DNA of 64,000 bases from a virus, in IMG/VR virus record IMGVR_UViG_3300035157_000972; one strand, written 5' to 3'. Of this stretch, positions 28,324 to 38,978 are shown piece after piece. The translations under genes were made by a program, and so were the position numbers. The notes below the pieces were generated by a model. That model was not told where the DNA came from. It ran no database searches and worked only from the letters and a program-made list of their open reading frames with translations. Every line of letters starts with the position of its first letter. Position 1 is the stretch's first letter.

Positions 28324-29244
28324 ATGAGATCACTCGTTACTGGAGGTGCAGGATTCATAGGATCCCACCTTGTTGACAAATTATTAGAGATGGGACATCA
28401 GGTTACTGTTGTGGATAATGAGTCCTCAATATGTAATGAAAAGTTCTATTGGAATGATGAGGCATGGAATGTCAGGGCAGATATTTCTGATCCACAAGTC
28501 ATGGAGCAAGTCTTCAATTGTGTCAATGAAGGAATGCCAAAGATTGATTATGTGTTTCATCTCGCTGCTTATTCTAGAATACAGATTGCATTGAAGAATC
28601 CAGTTGGATGTGTAAAGACAAATGTATTAGGAACAACAACGCTGTTACAGTATGCCCGTGAGCATGGTGTCAAGGCATTCATAAACTCATCCACATCATC
28701 ATCTTATGGTTTGAAAAATGTACCTCCTCTTAGAGAGGACATGACACCTGATTGTTTGAATCCATACTCAGTATCAAAGATAGCAGCAGAGAATATGTGT
28801 AAGATGTATTCAGATCTATTTGATTTGAACACGGTGAATCTAAGATACTTCAATGTATATGGTGAAAGGCAACCACTTAGAGGACAATATGCACCTGTTG
28901 TAGGATTATTTTTAGAGCAATGGAAACGTGGTGAACCACTTACTATCGTAGGTGATGGAGAACAACGTAGAGATTTCACTCATGTAAGGGATGTGGTTAG
29001 AGCAAACATAGCAGCAGCAGAGAGAGCGAGTGATATATCTGGTGAGATCATAAATGTAGGTACAGGGACTAATCATTCTGTAAATCAAGTAGCGAATATG
29101 ATCTCTACTGAATATGAATTTATACCACCTAGACCGGCAGAGGCAAGAGTAACTCTTGCTGATATTTCAAAAGCAAAAAGACTTTTGAATTACATGCCAT
29201 CTATTGAACTTAGTGATTGGATTGATGAACACAAGGTACGATGA
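28324..29244 (+). CDS. NAD-dependent nucleotide-sugar 4-epimerase
   Basis: TGGAGFIGSH, YSVSK, LRYFNVYG, RDFTHV. Confidence 0.9.
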   Translation: MRSLVTGGAGFIGSHLVDKLLEMGHQVTVVDNESSICNEKFYWNDEAWNVRADISDPQVMEQVFNCVNEGMPKIDYVFHLAAYSRIQIALKNPVGCVKTNVLGTTTLLQYAREHGVKAFINSSTSSSYGLKNVPPLREDMTPDCLNPYSVSKIAAENMCKMYSDLFDLNTVNLRYFNVYGERQPLRGQYAPVVGLFLEQWKRGEPLTIVGDGEQRRDFTHVRDVVRANIAAAERASDISGEIINVGTGTNHSVNQVANMISTEYEFIPPRPAEARVTLADISKAKRLLNYMPSIELSDWIDEHKVR

Positions 29245-29869
29245 AAAACTGGATGAACTTATCCATCCAGTCAATGTAAAACAGAATCATTCACAAGCAT
29301 ATCAGGATCTATTTGTCTTGACTATGCTAGGTGATAAAAGGAATGGTAGATACCTTGAAATAGGTGCTAACCATCCTACAGAATTTAATAATACTTGGTT
29401 ACTTGAATCTGAGTTCAACTGGCAGGGTATCTCGGTGGAAATAGATGAACGTTTTCAAGGTGAGTTTGTAATACAAAGAGGAAATGATTGTCACTTAGCA
29501 GATGCCACAACATTTGATTGGAGAGAAGCAATAAAAAATAAGGGATGGAGAAAGAAAAGATTTGATTATGTCTCTATAGATTGTGAACCACCTAACATCA
29601 CACTCAAAGCATTAGAGAATCTACCGTTGGATGAGTATAGATTTTCTGTGATTACATTTGAGTCAGATCTATATGCATATGGGGTAGAGTGTAGAGATAT
29701 ACAAAGAAGAATATTGAATGATCTTGGTTATCAAATTGTAGCAAGAGATGTTGCAAATGGTGGTAATCCATTTGAGGATTGGTGGGTAGACCCAGAAGTT
29801 GTAGATGAAGTAACATGGGGACCATTTATATCACATAATGCTGAAGCGAGAACATTGTTCATCAAATGA
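29225..29869 (+). CDS. FkbM-like methyltransferase
   Basis: HSQAYQD, YLEIGAN, NNTWLLE, DYVSIDCE. Confidence 0.75.
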   Translation: MNTRYDEKLDELIHPVNVKQNHSQAYQDLFVLTMLGDKRNGRYLEIGANHPTEFNNTWLLESEFNWQGISVEIDERFQGEFVIQRGNDCHLADATTFDWREAIKNKGWRKKRFDYVSIDCEPPNITLKALENLPLDEYRFSVITFESDLYAYGVECRDIQRRILNDLGYQIVARDVANGGNPFEDWWVDPEVVDEVTWGPFISHNAEARTLFIK

Positions 29870-30645
29870 TTGCAATTTCTCACTGGTACGGTAGACTAGG
29901 AAACAACATACAGCAGTGTGCAGTCGGTACGATGGCAGCAGCACTGACTCAATCAACATTTGAATCAATCGATCATGAGATTATCAAAAAACACAAGACA
30001 TCGTTTGGACAGAATAGTCAAGAAATACGATCAAAATTCTTCTACTGGGAGGGTCCGTATAAGGAAGTCAACATCGACAAGGAATTCATTTATGACAACA
30101 TGCGTCACATTTGTAAGACGTATATTGAACCCCATATCCAAGCACCGAGAGTGGTACTTCCTGATGATTGGATTGTTATTCATATTAGGAGTGGAGATGT
30201 ATTTGACAGGAGGGTATCTAACCCTAGCAACTATGTGCCTAATCCTCTTTATTTTTATATGCAATTGGTTGAACGATTTCAACAAGCGATTGTAGTAACA
30301 GAAGGAGATGACAACAACCCTATAATAAATGAACTTAGAAAACATCCAAAGGTTACAATACAATCTAAAAGTGTGGCAGAAGATTTCGGCACGTTATTGT
30401 CAGCAAAACATCTTGCCAATTCTGGGGTTGGAACTTTCGGTATTGCTGCTGCTCTATGCAGTCATAATATTGAAACCTTTCATTGTACTGATGTGAGTAT
30501 GAGTGAGCATCTAAATTATGGGATGCTTCTTGGTAAAGATGTAGAGGTACATTTGATGCCACTTGATAACTACATAAACGTAGGCGAATGGTCTAACAGT
30601 GATGAGCAACGAAAATTTATTCTTGAATACTGTCCAATTTCCTAG
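29866..30645 (+). CDS. Fucosyltransferase-like glycosyltransferase (GT11-related)
   Basis: GRLGNNIQQ and IHIRSGD motifs. Confidence 0.7.
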   Translation: MIAISHWYGRLGNNIQQCAVGTMAAALTQSTFESIDHEIIKKHKTSFGQNSQEIRSKFFYWEGPYKEVNIDKEFIYDNMRHICKTYIEPHIQAPRVVLPDDWIVIHIRSGDVFDRRVSNPSNYVPNPLYFYMQLVERFQQAIVVTEGDDNNPIINELRKHPKVTIQSKSVAEDFGTLLSAKHLANSGVGTFGIAAALCSHNIETFHCTDVSMSEHLNYGMLLGKDVEVHLMPLDNYINVGEWSNSDEQRKFILEYCPIS

Positions 30646-31147
30646 GAAAATTGCAGACAAAATTGAACAGGCAGCGACGAATGGACCGTGGTGGTATCTT
30701 CCAGACTGTGCTCATCCAATAGGACACGAGTTGCAGACTGCTGCGAATCCATATTTTTCATGTACTATAGTCAAAGATCGTAATCCTCAACTTGAGATAA
30801 TAAAAAATTATGATTTGTCATTTTTTAGTAAGTATATTAGACTAGAAAAACATACGATTGCAAGAGCACATGTTACCTTTCATTGGCCAAGACCAGAACA
30901 CTTTGGTGTGCCACACAACTTTCATATAGATCAACAGTTCCCACACATCGTGGCATTATATTATATCAATGATGCTGATGGTGACACTATATTCTGTGAC
31001 GAACACGATCATTCTAAGATTATACATAGAGAAACCCCTAAGAAGGGGAAGTGTGTAATCTTTGAGGGACTTCATGCATATCATGCTAGTTCTTCACCGA
31101 CTAAAAACATTAGAATGACATTGAACATTAACTATGACCATCTTTGA
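30599..31147 (+). CDS. 2OG-Fe(II) oxygenase
   Basis: FHID, LYYINDADGDT, YHASSSP, RMTLNIN. Confidence 0.82.
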   Translation: MMSNENLFLNTVQFPRKIADKIEQAATNGPWWYLPDCAHPIGHELQTAANPYFSCTIVKDRNPQLEIIKNYDLSFFSKYIRLEKHTIARAHVTFHWPRPEHFGVPHNFHIDQQFPHIVALYYINDADGDTIFCDEHDHSKIIHRETPKKGKCVIFEGLHAYHASSSPTKNIRMTLNINYDHL

Positions 31148-31973
31148 TACGTTCACCTTTTATAATGAACTTGATTTATTAGAACTCAGACTCAACATTT
31201 TAGGTGATGTTGTAGATTACTTTGTAATCAATGAGGCAAACATAACCTTTACTGGTAAACCTAAACCTTTATACTATCAAGAGAATAAAGAACGTTTCAA
31301 GAAGTGGGAGCATAAGATAATTCATCATGTCACAGTAGATGATAATGAAACATTAGAAAAGTATTGGGAAGGTGTTCCATATCATAGGAGCATGAAAGAG
31401 GAGAACATATATCAATTACCATTACACTATCAGAGAGCATGCTTTCATAAAGACTCTGCAATATATGCACTGCTTGATAAGACAGAGGACGATGACATCA
31501 TACTAACAAGTGATGCTGATGAGATAGCGAATCCAGATGCACTGCTTGCTATGGAAGAGTGGTTCAAACCTGAGAATCATTATGTATTGAGAGGTCCTGT
31601 ATACTATTACTACTTGAATCTATTATGTGAAAAGGAATGGATGGGAACTAGAGTATGCACAATGAAGACACTCAAGACAATGAGTATAGATAAGTTGAGG
31701 CAATCACATCAAGACTCTTGGAAGATTGACAATGCATCATGGCATTGGAGTTTCTTTGGTGATGCTGACACTGTACGTGCCAAGATGGATGCTTATGAAC
31801 ACCAAGAGAACAATCTACCTCAGTTCAGAGATACAATGGAACAACGTATCGAGGCAGGAGTTGACCCATTTGGCAGAGATTATTTGTACCAACCAACTGT
31901 GGTACCTATCGATAGTTCATTCCCGAACTATATTCAGAGGAATAAGGAAAAACTAGCGAGGTTTATCAAGTGA
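31134..31973 (+). CDS. GT17-family glycosyltransferase
   Basis: FYNELDLLELRL, SDADEI, WHWSFFG. Confidence 0.85.
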   Translation: MTIFDTFTFYNELDLLELRLNILGDVVDYFVINEANITFTGKPKPLYYQENKERFKKWEHKIIHHVTVDDNETLEKYWEGVPYHRSMKEENIYQLPLHYQRACFHKDSAIYALLDKTEDDDIILTSDADEIANPDALLAMEEWFKPENHYVLRGPVYYYYLNLLCEKEWMGTRVCTMKTLKTMSIDKLRQSHQDSWKIDNASWHWSFFGDADTVRAKMDAYEHQENNLPQFRDTMEQRIEAGVDPFGRDYLYQPTVVPIDSSFPNYIQRNKEKLARFIK

Positions 31974-32188
31974 AAATTGACACCCAAGGAATGTCCTATG
32001 ACACAGGTAAAGGTAGTAGTAAAAGTTTAGAAGAACAACGTGCTGCTATTCCTCCATTCGATCCACCTAAGATACCTCTCATTACTGATATGTTGAAGAA
32101 GGAATTGAAAGAACTTATCAATGAGGTACTAGATGAGAGAGAACATGAGAAGAAACTTAATGGTCCATATGATTTCCCAGAATTATGA
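31970..32188 (+). CDS. Hypothetical protein
   Basis: 4-nt overlaps with both neighbours. Confidence 0.65.
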   Translation: MKIDTQGMSYDTGKGSSKSLEEQRAAIPPFDPPKIPLITDMLKKELKELINEVLDEREHEKKLNGPYDFPEL

Positions 32189-33120
32189 ATCTAATTGAAG
32201 GTGTAGCAGTATCTAATCACTGTGACTATTCGTTTGGTGATCAATCAGGTTGTATAGGGAATGTTGCAGGTGCCTACATGAAGCAGGCAGATCCATGCAA
32301 CACAGAGTTTGCTGATCTAGTGAAGGACGGTAAACCTTTCATGACAGTTTTTATAGATAATATACGACTTTATAATAGACCACTCAAGGCGAGCACCGAG
32401 AGCGATCAGAAATGGATAGATGGTTTGATGGAGACCAATGACCTCCTTGAAACTTGTAAGACCTATCCCGACACGAAATTTTGTATATTCACTAATTTAG
32501 AAGACACACCTATCACAGAGGATATTCATACCAAGATACCTGATAATGTTGTTGCAATTTATGGAACAAACGCTATCGGTTTTGGAGGTAAGGTACACCC
32601 GTTTCCATATGGACTTCAAAGGATCTTGCATCCAAGTGATAATCGTATAGGTATAATGAAGAAGTATCTTCTGAAGAAGGATCAGAAACCTAAGAAATTA
32701 TTATACATCAATCACTCAGAGCATACTAATATAAGTGAGAGGGGTAATGTAAGAAAGAAGTTCTCAGGTAAAAAGTATGTTACTATTGGTGAAAGAGTTC
32801 ATTACGATCTATACTGTCAGCAGATATTAGATCATAAGTTTATGATATGTCCACAGGGAAATGGTGTAGATTGCCATAGGAACTGGGAGGTGTTATACTT
32901 AGGGAGAGTTCCCGTAATGAAGAAGTCAGAGTATCTCCAAGAGTTATACAAAGACTATCCTATCTTATGGGTAAATGATTATATGGACTGTACTAAAGCA
33001 TTACTGTCCGATAATAATCATCTCTTTGAACAGGCACAGAATATTGACAGCAACCTGCTTGATCTTTATACTGTATTCAATCGTGCTGTGAAGGATGCAA
33101 AATCTCATACTGTATCATAA
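32185..33120 (+). CDS. Exostosin/GT47-like glycosyltransferase
   Basis: HKFMICPQGNGVDCHRNWEVLYLGRVPV. Confidence 0.75.
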   Translation: MNLIEGVAVSNHCDYSFGDQSGCIGNVAGAYMKQADPCNTEFADLVKDGKPFMTVFIDNIRLYNRPLKASTESDQKWIDGLMETNDLLETCKTYPDTKFCIFTNLEDTPITEDIHTKIPDNVVAIYGTNAIGFGGKVHPFPYGLQRILHPSDNRIGIMKKYLLKKDQKPKKLLYINHSEHTNISERGNVRKKFSGKKYVTIGERVHYDLYCQQILDHKFMICPQGNGVDCHRNWEVLYLGRVPVMKKSEYLQELYKDYPILWVNDYMDCTKALLSDNNHLFEQAQNIDSNLLDLYTVFNRAVKDAKSHTVS

Positions 33121-33589
33121 AAACACATCTCTTCCATCTGATCTTTTAGATTTCATAAAATCTGAAGTCAAACAGGAAAAGTATCGTAATGGTATGTACA
33201 CGACATATCCAAACTTTGATATATGTGAACCATTACACGGGTTTTATAATCGACTTATGAAACGTGCGTTGTTTGGATTGACATTATTACATGCTGATTT
33301 CAAACAAAGTATATGGGCACAAATATATGAGAAAGGAAGTGATGGTCATCACAAACATAATCACCACGCTGTAGATAATCAACTATCATGGGTTCATTTT
33401 ATAAAAACTCCTGATAAAAAATGTTTTAGATTCACGAATGGTTTTGTTCCTCCTCAAGATGATGGGGATTTTGTTTTATTTCCTTCATGGGCAATCCATC
33501 AAATTCAACCACATTCTGAAAAAGATGATAGAATAGTGGTAGTAGGAAACGTTTCTCTTACAAACGCTCATTATGCTGATTATTCCTGA
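33095..33589 (+). CDS. Putative 2OG-Fe(II) oxygenase
   Basis: HNH, SWVHF, LFPSWAIH, RIVVVGN. Confidence 0.75.
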   Translation: MQNLILYHKNTSLPSDLLDFIKSEVKQEKYRNGMYTTYPNFDICEPLHGFYNRLMKRALFGLTLLHADFKQSIWAQIYEKGSDGHHKHNHHAVDNQLSWVHFIKTPDKKCFRFTNGFVPPQDDGDFVLFPSWAIHQIQPHSEKDDRIVVVGNVSLTNAHYADYS

Positions 33590-34241
33590 AGTTACATTGG
33601 TCATGCTCGCTGACCTTGACATTGAAGATGCTGTATATGCAGTAAACAAATCATGTGAGGGGATACAATGGGGTGCTGCTAAGTTTCTTAGTAGTAAAGG
33701 AAGACCTAGAGGTTTGAATCCCAATGTAGATTATGAGGAAGTATATCCAATTCAATCTATCAATGACTTTAATTTTTATTGTATTTACAATCTTACTAAT
33801 CACGTCAGGACCTCGCATTGCCTTCTCATACATCCGGACGGCTACGTTATTCGTCCTCATCTATGGGATCCTAAGTTTCTTAACTACGACTATATCGGGG
33901 CACCGTGGAGAGATGATCCAAATGCCTACCTCGACCCATGGGGAAAGAATCATCGTGTCGGGAATGGAGGATTTTCCTTACGCTCCAAAAAATTACTCGA
34001 TGTCCCCAGTAAAGTCACCGTCCCTTGGGAAGTAAATGTAGGAAATTTTTACAAACACATGGATGCAGGACTATATAATGAGGACGGGAACATATGCTGC
34101 CACAATAGACACATCTTTGAGGGACAGGGATGTGTGTATGCTCCCGTCGCGGTGGCGAGTAAATTCTCTAGAGAAGAAACTCTACCTGACAGTGAACAAG
34201 AAACCTTTGGTTTCCATTATCATTTTCAAGAAATACGATGA
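33573..34241 (+). CDS. DUF5672-like glycosyltransferase-related protein
   Basis: YDYIGAPW, VGNGGFSLRSK, NED, FGFH. Confidence 0.8.
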   Translation: MLIIPEVTLVMLADLDIEDAVYAVNKSCEGIQWGAAKFLSSKGRPRGLNPNVDYEEVYPIQSINDFNFYCIYNLTNHVRTSHCLLIHPDGYVIRPHLWDPKFLNYDYIGAPWRDDPNAYLDPWGKNHRVGNGGFSLRSKKLLDVPSKVTVPWEVNVGNFYKHMDAGLYNEDGNICCHNRHIFEGQGCVYAPVAVASKFSREETLPDSEQETFGFHYHFQEIR

Positions 34242-35050
34242 AAGCAACAATCAACCAATTGTGGTGGAACCCATGGGGTGAAGAAGGTTTAGATGTAGGT
34301 AATAGAAAAGTAAGTATATCAATAGACAATCTAACATTTGATAAGAAAGCAGACTATAGAATTTTATTTTTAGCAGAACCATATGCAGTAGCACCATCTG
34401 TGAATGAGGGTGCTCTTAGAAATGCACATAACTTCAATCGAATCTATACATTTACACAATCAATATTAGAGAAATACCCACAGGCACAGTTGTTCGAGTG
34501 GGGTTCTTCATGGTTGGACTTCAAAGATCTCAAGGTAGAAAAGAAACCTCACATCACATTTGTTACCAGTTCTAAATTGCAGACCACTGGACATAAGACT
34601 AGAAATCTTATCATGGATATGTTGGATGACATAGAAGATGTAAATGGTATGGAGGTGTATGCACACAAGTCACCACCTTTTCATCAGAGAAGAAATGATT
34701 TCTTTGAGAATGCACTGTATCATATTACAGTAGAGAACTCAAGACAAAAGAATTATTTTACAGAGAAGATTATAGATTGTTTTGCTAGTAGAACTATACC
34801 AATCTACTGGGGTTGTCCTAACCTTGGTAACTGGTTTGACATGGATGGTGTCATTACATTCAATGATGTCAGCGAACTCAAGAAAATATTTGACAAACTA
34901 ACTGAAGACTTCTACCATAGTAAGAAGGAAGTTATTGAAAAGAACTATGAGATTGCCAAGCAATTTTATGGTGACAATGATGTAGTTCCTCGATTGACCA
35001 AAACTATTATTTCTGATGTTGAGGAAAACGCTATAGTATATGAGAGTTAG
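34238..35050 (+). CDS. GT10-like (alpha-1,3-fucosyltransferase family) glycosyltransferase
   Basis: ITVENS..YFTEKIIDCF..TIPIYWGCPN. Confidence 0.82.
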   Translation: MKATINQLWWNPWGEEGLDVGNRKVSISIDNLTFDKKADYRILFLAEPYAVAPSVNEGALRNAHNFNRIYTFTQSILEKYPQAQLFEWGSSWLDFKDLKVEKKPHITFVTSSKLQTTGHKTRNLIMDMLDDIEDVNGMEVYAHKSPPFHQRRNDFFENALYHITVENSRQKNYFTEKIIDCFASRTIPIYWGCPNLGNWFDMDGVITFNDVSELKKIFDKLTEDFYHSKKEVIEKNYEIAKQFYGDNDVVPRLTKTIISDVEENAIVYES

Positions 35051-35726
35051 TTTTTGTATTCCAACTCATGATGGTAATGCAAGATGTCAAAACTATTTGT
35101 TTGACATTTTTCATGCTCTCTCACAACAAATCAATAAAGATTTCAACGTCTGGATATCAGACCATAGTAAATCTGATAAAGTTCTTACTGCCTGTAAAGA
35201 GTATGCTGATCTATTTGAAATAAACTATGTTAGAAATCCGAATAATCTTGGGAACATTTCTGCTAACACTAATCACTCTCTTCGCAACGCAGATGGTGAG
35301 ATACTAAAAGTTTTATTTTCAGATGATTTTATTCTGACAAATAATCTTGTGACAGAATTAGACAAAGCATTCACTGGTGATGTCAAGTGGGCAGTCACAG
35401 GATATGCTCATACAGTTGACGATGGTCAGACACATTACAATCCAAAGGTCCCCTTTTATAATGATAGATTATTAGAGGGTGTGAACACTTTGAGTTCACC
35501 TTCTATCCTTGCATTGAAGAAAGGAATCGACATGTATTTCGATGAAGATTTGACCATGTTGATGGACTGTGACATGTATTACAGACTCTATAAATATCAT
35601 GGAGATCCAGTGGTACTCAAGGATTATCACATCTCAAACAGAGAACATAAGTCTCAAACACAGAGAACTTATGAACACCTCCTACCAAAGGAGATTGAAT
35701 ATTTGAAACAGAAACATTCATCATGA
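35040..35726 (+). CDS. GT2-family glycosyltransferase
   Basis: VSFCIPT, ISDHS, LFSDDF. Confidence 0.85.
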   Translation: MRVSFCIPTHDGNARCQNYLFDIFHALSQQINKDFNVWISDHSKSDKVLTACKEYADLFEINYVRNPNNLGNISANTNHSLRNADGEILKVLFSDDFILTNNLVTELDKAFTGDVKWAVTGYAHTVDDGQTHYNPKVPFYNDRLLEGVNTLSSPSILALKKGIDMYFDEDLTMLMDCDMYYRLYKYHGDPVVLKDYHISNREHKSQTQRTYEHLLPKEIEYLKQKHSS

Positions 35727-36508
35727 CTATAGGATTCAACCATCTAGGGAGACACGGTAGACTGGGCAATCAAATGTTCCAGTATGCAGGACTACGAGGC
35801 ATCGCAGCACATAAAGGATATGACTTTGCTATCCCTCCTAGTGACTTCAAGGACGAGTGGAATGACCATCAATTATTTGAGGCATTCAAACTCACCGGTC
35901 TCACAAATATAAATGAAATTCCCGGACCATACGTACAGGAAGCACATTTTCATTTTGATCAAAATTTATTTGACAATATGCCTGATGGTCATAATGTATA
36001 TGGATATCTACAGAGTACAAAATGGTTTGAGCATATAGAAGAGGATATAAGAGAGGATTTTGAGTTCAAGAATGATATACATTTACCCTGTAGAGAGATG
36101 ATGAATACACTGAAAGATCCTATTGCATTGCACGTTCGTAGAGGTGACTATATACAGAACTGTGATAACCATCCACCTTGCCCCAAAGAATATTATGACG
36201 CTGCATTGTCAAAGTTTGATAACAATCGTACAGTGGTTGTTTTTTCTGATGATCCTCAATGGTGTAGCACTGAGTTCCCTGACGACAGGTTCCTTGTATC
36301 AGAAGGTGGTGACAATCTTGCAGACTTGTGTATGATGACTATGTGTTCTGATTTTATCATTGCTAATTCATCATTCTCTTGGTGGGGGTCTTACCTATCA
36401 CGTAATCCTGATAAGAGAATCATTGCACCTAAGAAGTGGTTTGGTACAGGTTATACTAAGAACCACAATACATCTGATCTATACTGTGACAACTGGGAGG
36501 TATTATGA
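35723..36508 (+). CDS. GT11 alpha-1,2-fucosyltransferase-like
   Basis: GRLGNQMFQYA, HVRRGDY, FSDD, IANSSFSWWG. Confidence 0.9.
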   Translation: MTIGFNHLGRHGRLGNQMFQYAGLRGIAAHKGYDFAIPPSDFKDEWNDHQLFEAFKLTGLTNINEIPGPYVQEAHFHFDQNLFDNMPDGHNVYGYLQSTKWFEHIEEDIREDFEFKNDIHLPCREMMNTLKDPIALHVRRGDYIQNCDNHPPCPKEYYDAALSKFDNNRTVVVFSDDPQWCSTEFPDDRFLVSEGGDNLADLCMMTMCSDFIIANSSFSWWGSYLSRNPDKRIIAPKKWFGTGYTKNHNTSDLYCDNWEVL

Positions 36509-37458
36509 CAAAGAAAACTGTACAAGATAAACTAAGGGAAAAGGAACCACCTCAACTAGGAGATGATCTTAAACAAATTGAGGATCTTTCTAAGATGGAT
36601 CTCTCTGTGTGTACATATCTGATTCCATTGAGAATTGAGAGTTCTGATAGAATGAGAAATATAATAACGGTACTACTGTACTTTATAAGAAATATAAAGG
36701 CACCTATAATAGTAAAGGAGTTCGATAAAGAATCGATATATGAAAGTGCTGTTCTACCACAGATAAAACAGGTTGCCACAGAGGAAGAGATAAGTCAAAT
36801 CACACATGTATTTGAACAGACTGACGAGTTTACATTCCATAGAACAAGATTGATCAATGACATGATCATGATGGCAGAGACTCCACATGTGTGTAATTAC
36901 GATTGTGATGTTCTTTTACCTTTTCAAACTCATTTTTATGCTAATACATTCTTAGCAAAGGGGTACTTGCCACCAGATTCACCCGAAGGGACGATACCAG
37001 AACCAGTAAAGGTTGTTTATCCATATGGTTATGGTGACTTTCAGCAACAAGTATTTGCTGATGATCAGACAGTCAGTAATTTTATCAATAGTAATTTTAA
37101 TTTTCATGCATTTGATGGTAAGGTGAGAACTTATGATGCAAAGTTTGGTTTCTGTCAGTTCTTCAATAGAGAGGAATATATTAGATTAGGAATGGAGAAT
37201 GAAAAATTTATATCGTATGGATATGAGGACGATGAAAGGTATCATAGATTTAATACGTGCTCTAATGTTTGCAGGATAAATGATCAGATCTTTCATCTAG
37301 AACATAAGAGAAGTCCAAATTCTTGGTTCACTAACCCTCACATAGAAAACAACCGTAAGGAATGGGATAAAATAAGGTTCTATGGTAAGGAAAAAATTGA
37401 ACAGTATTATCAAAACATTGATTATATGAAGAGGCGATTTGGACAAGAACAAAAGTAA
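36505..37458 (+). CDS. GT7/GT2 galactosyltransferase-like
   Basis: YDCDV, NEKFISYGYEDDE, FHLEH. Confidence 0.8.
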   Translation: MTKKTVQDKLREKEPPQLGDDLKQIEDLSKMDLSVCTYLIPLRIESSDRMRNIITVLLYFIRNIKAPIIVKEFDKESIYESAVLPQIKQVATEEEISQITHVFEQTDEFTFHRTRLINDMIMMAETPHVCNYDCDVLLPFQTHFYANTFLAKGYLPPDSPEGTIPEPVKVVYPYGYGDFQQQVFADDQTVSNFINSNFNFHAFDGKVRTYDAKFGFCQFFNREEYIRLGMENEKFISYGYEDDERYHRFNTCSNVCRINDQIFHLEHKRSPNSWFTNPHIENNRKEWDKIRFYGKEKIEQYYQNIDYMKRRFGQEQK

Positions 37459-38260
37459 TTACAAACTCGCAGGACTTCCTCATGTCTATTGGTTGAACTT
37501 AGATAGGTATGCTGATAGAAAAAAGTATATGGAAGAGCATCTTCAGTATTGGGGGATCGATAGTCATACTAGAATATCTGGTCTTGATGGTAAGGAGGAT
37601 GATCCATCTTCATATTTAAAGGGTAGAGTTCCAGATAATATGAATTCCGGTGAGATAGGATGTGTTCTCACACACCTCAGAGCACTCAAACATTTTGTAG
37701 AAGAGACTGACTATGATGAGGTAATCATCATGGAAGATGATATCGATCTATCCCCTGCACAACACTGGACATTTACATGGAGAGATGTAAGAAAAAAGTT
37801 GCCTATCAATTTTGATACCTGTCAGTTTACCATTATAAATCCTAATGGTATTCATTTGAAACTGCATCATAGATTCATAAATGATTTCTCTGCTGCATGT
37901 TATATTATTACTAGACATCACGCTACAAAGGTGCTAAAATGTCATCAACGTGGTAACTTGTGGAAGATAGATCAAAACATCAGACCACGAGCAGTATCAG
38001 AAGATTTGATTCTGGATAGTGGTAAAGGTTATGCTTTACCAATACTAAACTACAGACTCGATATGGGTTCTGCTATTCATGAGGAACATATAGATATATT
38101 CCACAAGGATAGTAAGCAAGGACTTGAAGAGTTCTGGAAACTAAATGGTCAAGACATTTTACTTGATCAGATTATGGAACTAGATGAATACGTTGGACGT
38201 GTTCCACCATCCGTTTACCAACAACAATTAGAAAATGACAGAGCAACAGCAACAACCTGA
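37439..38260 (+). CDS. GT25 glycosyltransferase
   Basis: WLNLDR..DRK, GEIGCVLTH, IMEDD. Confidence 0.87.
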   Translation: MDKNKSNYKLAGLPHVYWLNLDRYADRKKYMEEHLQYWGIDSHTRISGLDGKEDDPSSYLKGRVPDNMNSGEIGCVLTHLRALKHFVEETDYDEVIIMEDDIDLSPAQHWTFTWRDVRKKLPINFDTCQFTIINPNGIHLKLHHRFINDFSAACYIITRHHATKVLKCHQRGNLWKIDQNIRPRAVSEDLILDSGKGYALPILNYRLDMGSAIHEEHIDIFHKDSKQGLEEFWKLNGQDILLDQIMELDEYVGRVPPSVYQQQLENDRATATT

Positions 38261-38978
38261 AAAAATTGAACTTCTAACTCAGGGTGTACAGCATGAGATG
38301 ATTTTCAATGAAGGCATTGGAGTCATCAAAAATTATGCTAGTAAGGAATGGTGTAAATTATTGATTGATGCCTTTGAGATGTATAATGCAACCAAGTTGT
38401 CTAAGAATGTTTTAGATGGGCATTATCAACTTGACACTACTAACGATGGAGAATCACAATTCAGACAAGGTTCAATGGGTAGAAAGGATGAGCAATTATT
38501 TCTTGAAGTAGCAGATGCAGGCATGGCATCAACCACTAATCAGATTGTGGGTGGTGCTTTTGAACATTATGTGAAAGAATACAAGGGTGTGGTTGAGAGT
38601 TCTGATCCCGTATCATCATGGACTTGTAAAATACAGAAGACACAAAAAGGAGGAGGATATCATATATGGCATTGTGAAGATGGTGGTTTTATGTATAGAG
38701 ATAGAGTCCTTACATGGATGTTGTACTTGAATGATATACCAGTAGAAAATGGTGGTGCTACTGACTTTCTACATCAGAAATGTTCTTTCCAACCTACTGT
38801 AGGAACTATGGTAATGTGGCCAGCAACTTATACTCATATGCATAGAGGATCTTTCTTAACAGGAGACACAGCAAAATATATTGCTACAGGTTGGTTCCTT
38901 AGAGAACCCGGAGCAGTTTCAGAAAGAATCATAAGTGAAAAACTTGGCACTCCTCAACAAGCAAACTTGAATCAGTGA
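38235..38978 (+). CDS. 2OG-Fe(II) oxygenase, prolyl-4-hydroxylase-like
   Basis: YHIWHCED, MLYLND, HMHRG, KYIATGW. Confidence 0.88.
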   Translation: MTEQQQQPEKIELLTQGVQHEMIFNEGIGVIKNYASKEWCKLLIDAFEMYNATKLSKNVLDGHYQLDTTNDGESQFRQGSMGRKDEQLFLEVADAGMASTTNQIVGGAFEHYVKEYKGVVESSDPVSSWTCKIQKTQKGGGYHIWHCEDGGFMYRDRVLTWMLYLNDIPVENGGATDFLHQKCSFQPTVGTMVMWPATYTHMHRGSFLTGDTAKYIATGWFLREPGAVSERIISEKLGTPQQANLNQ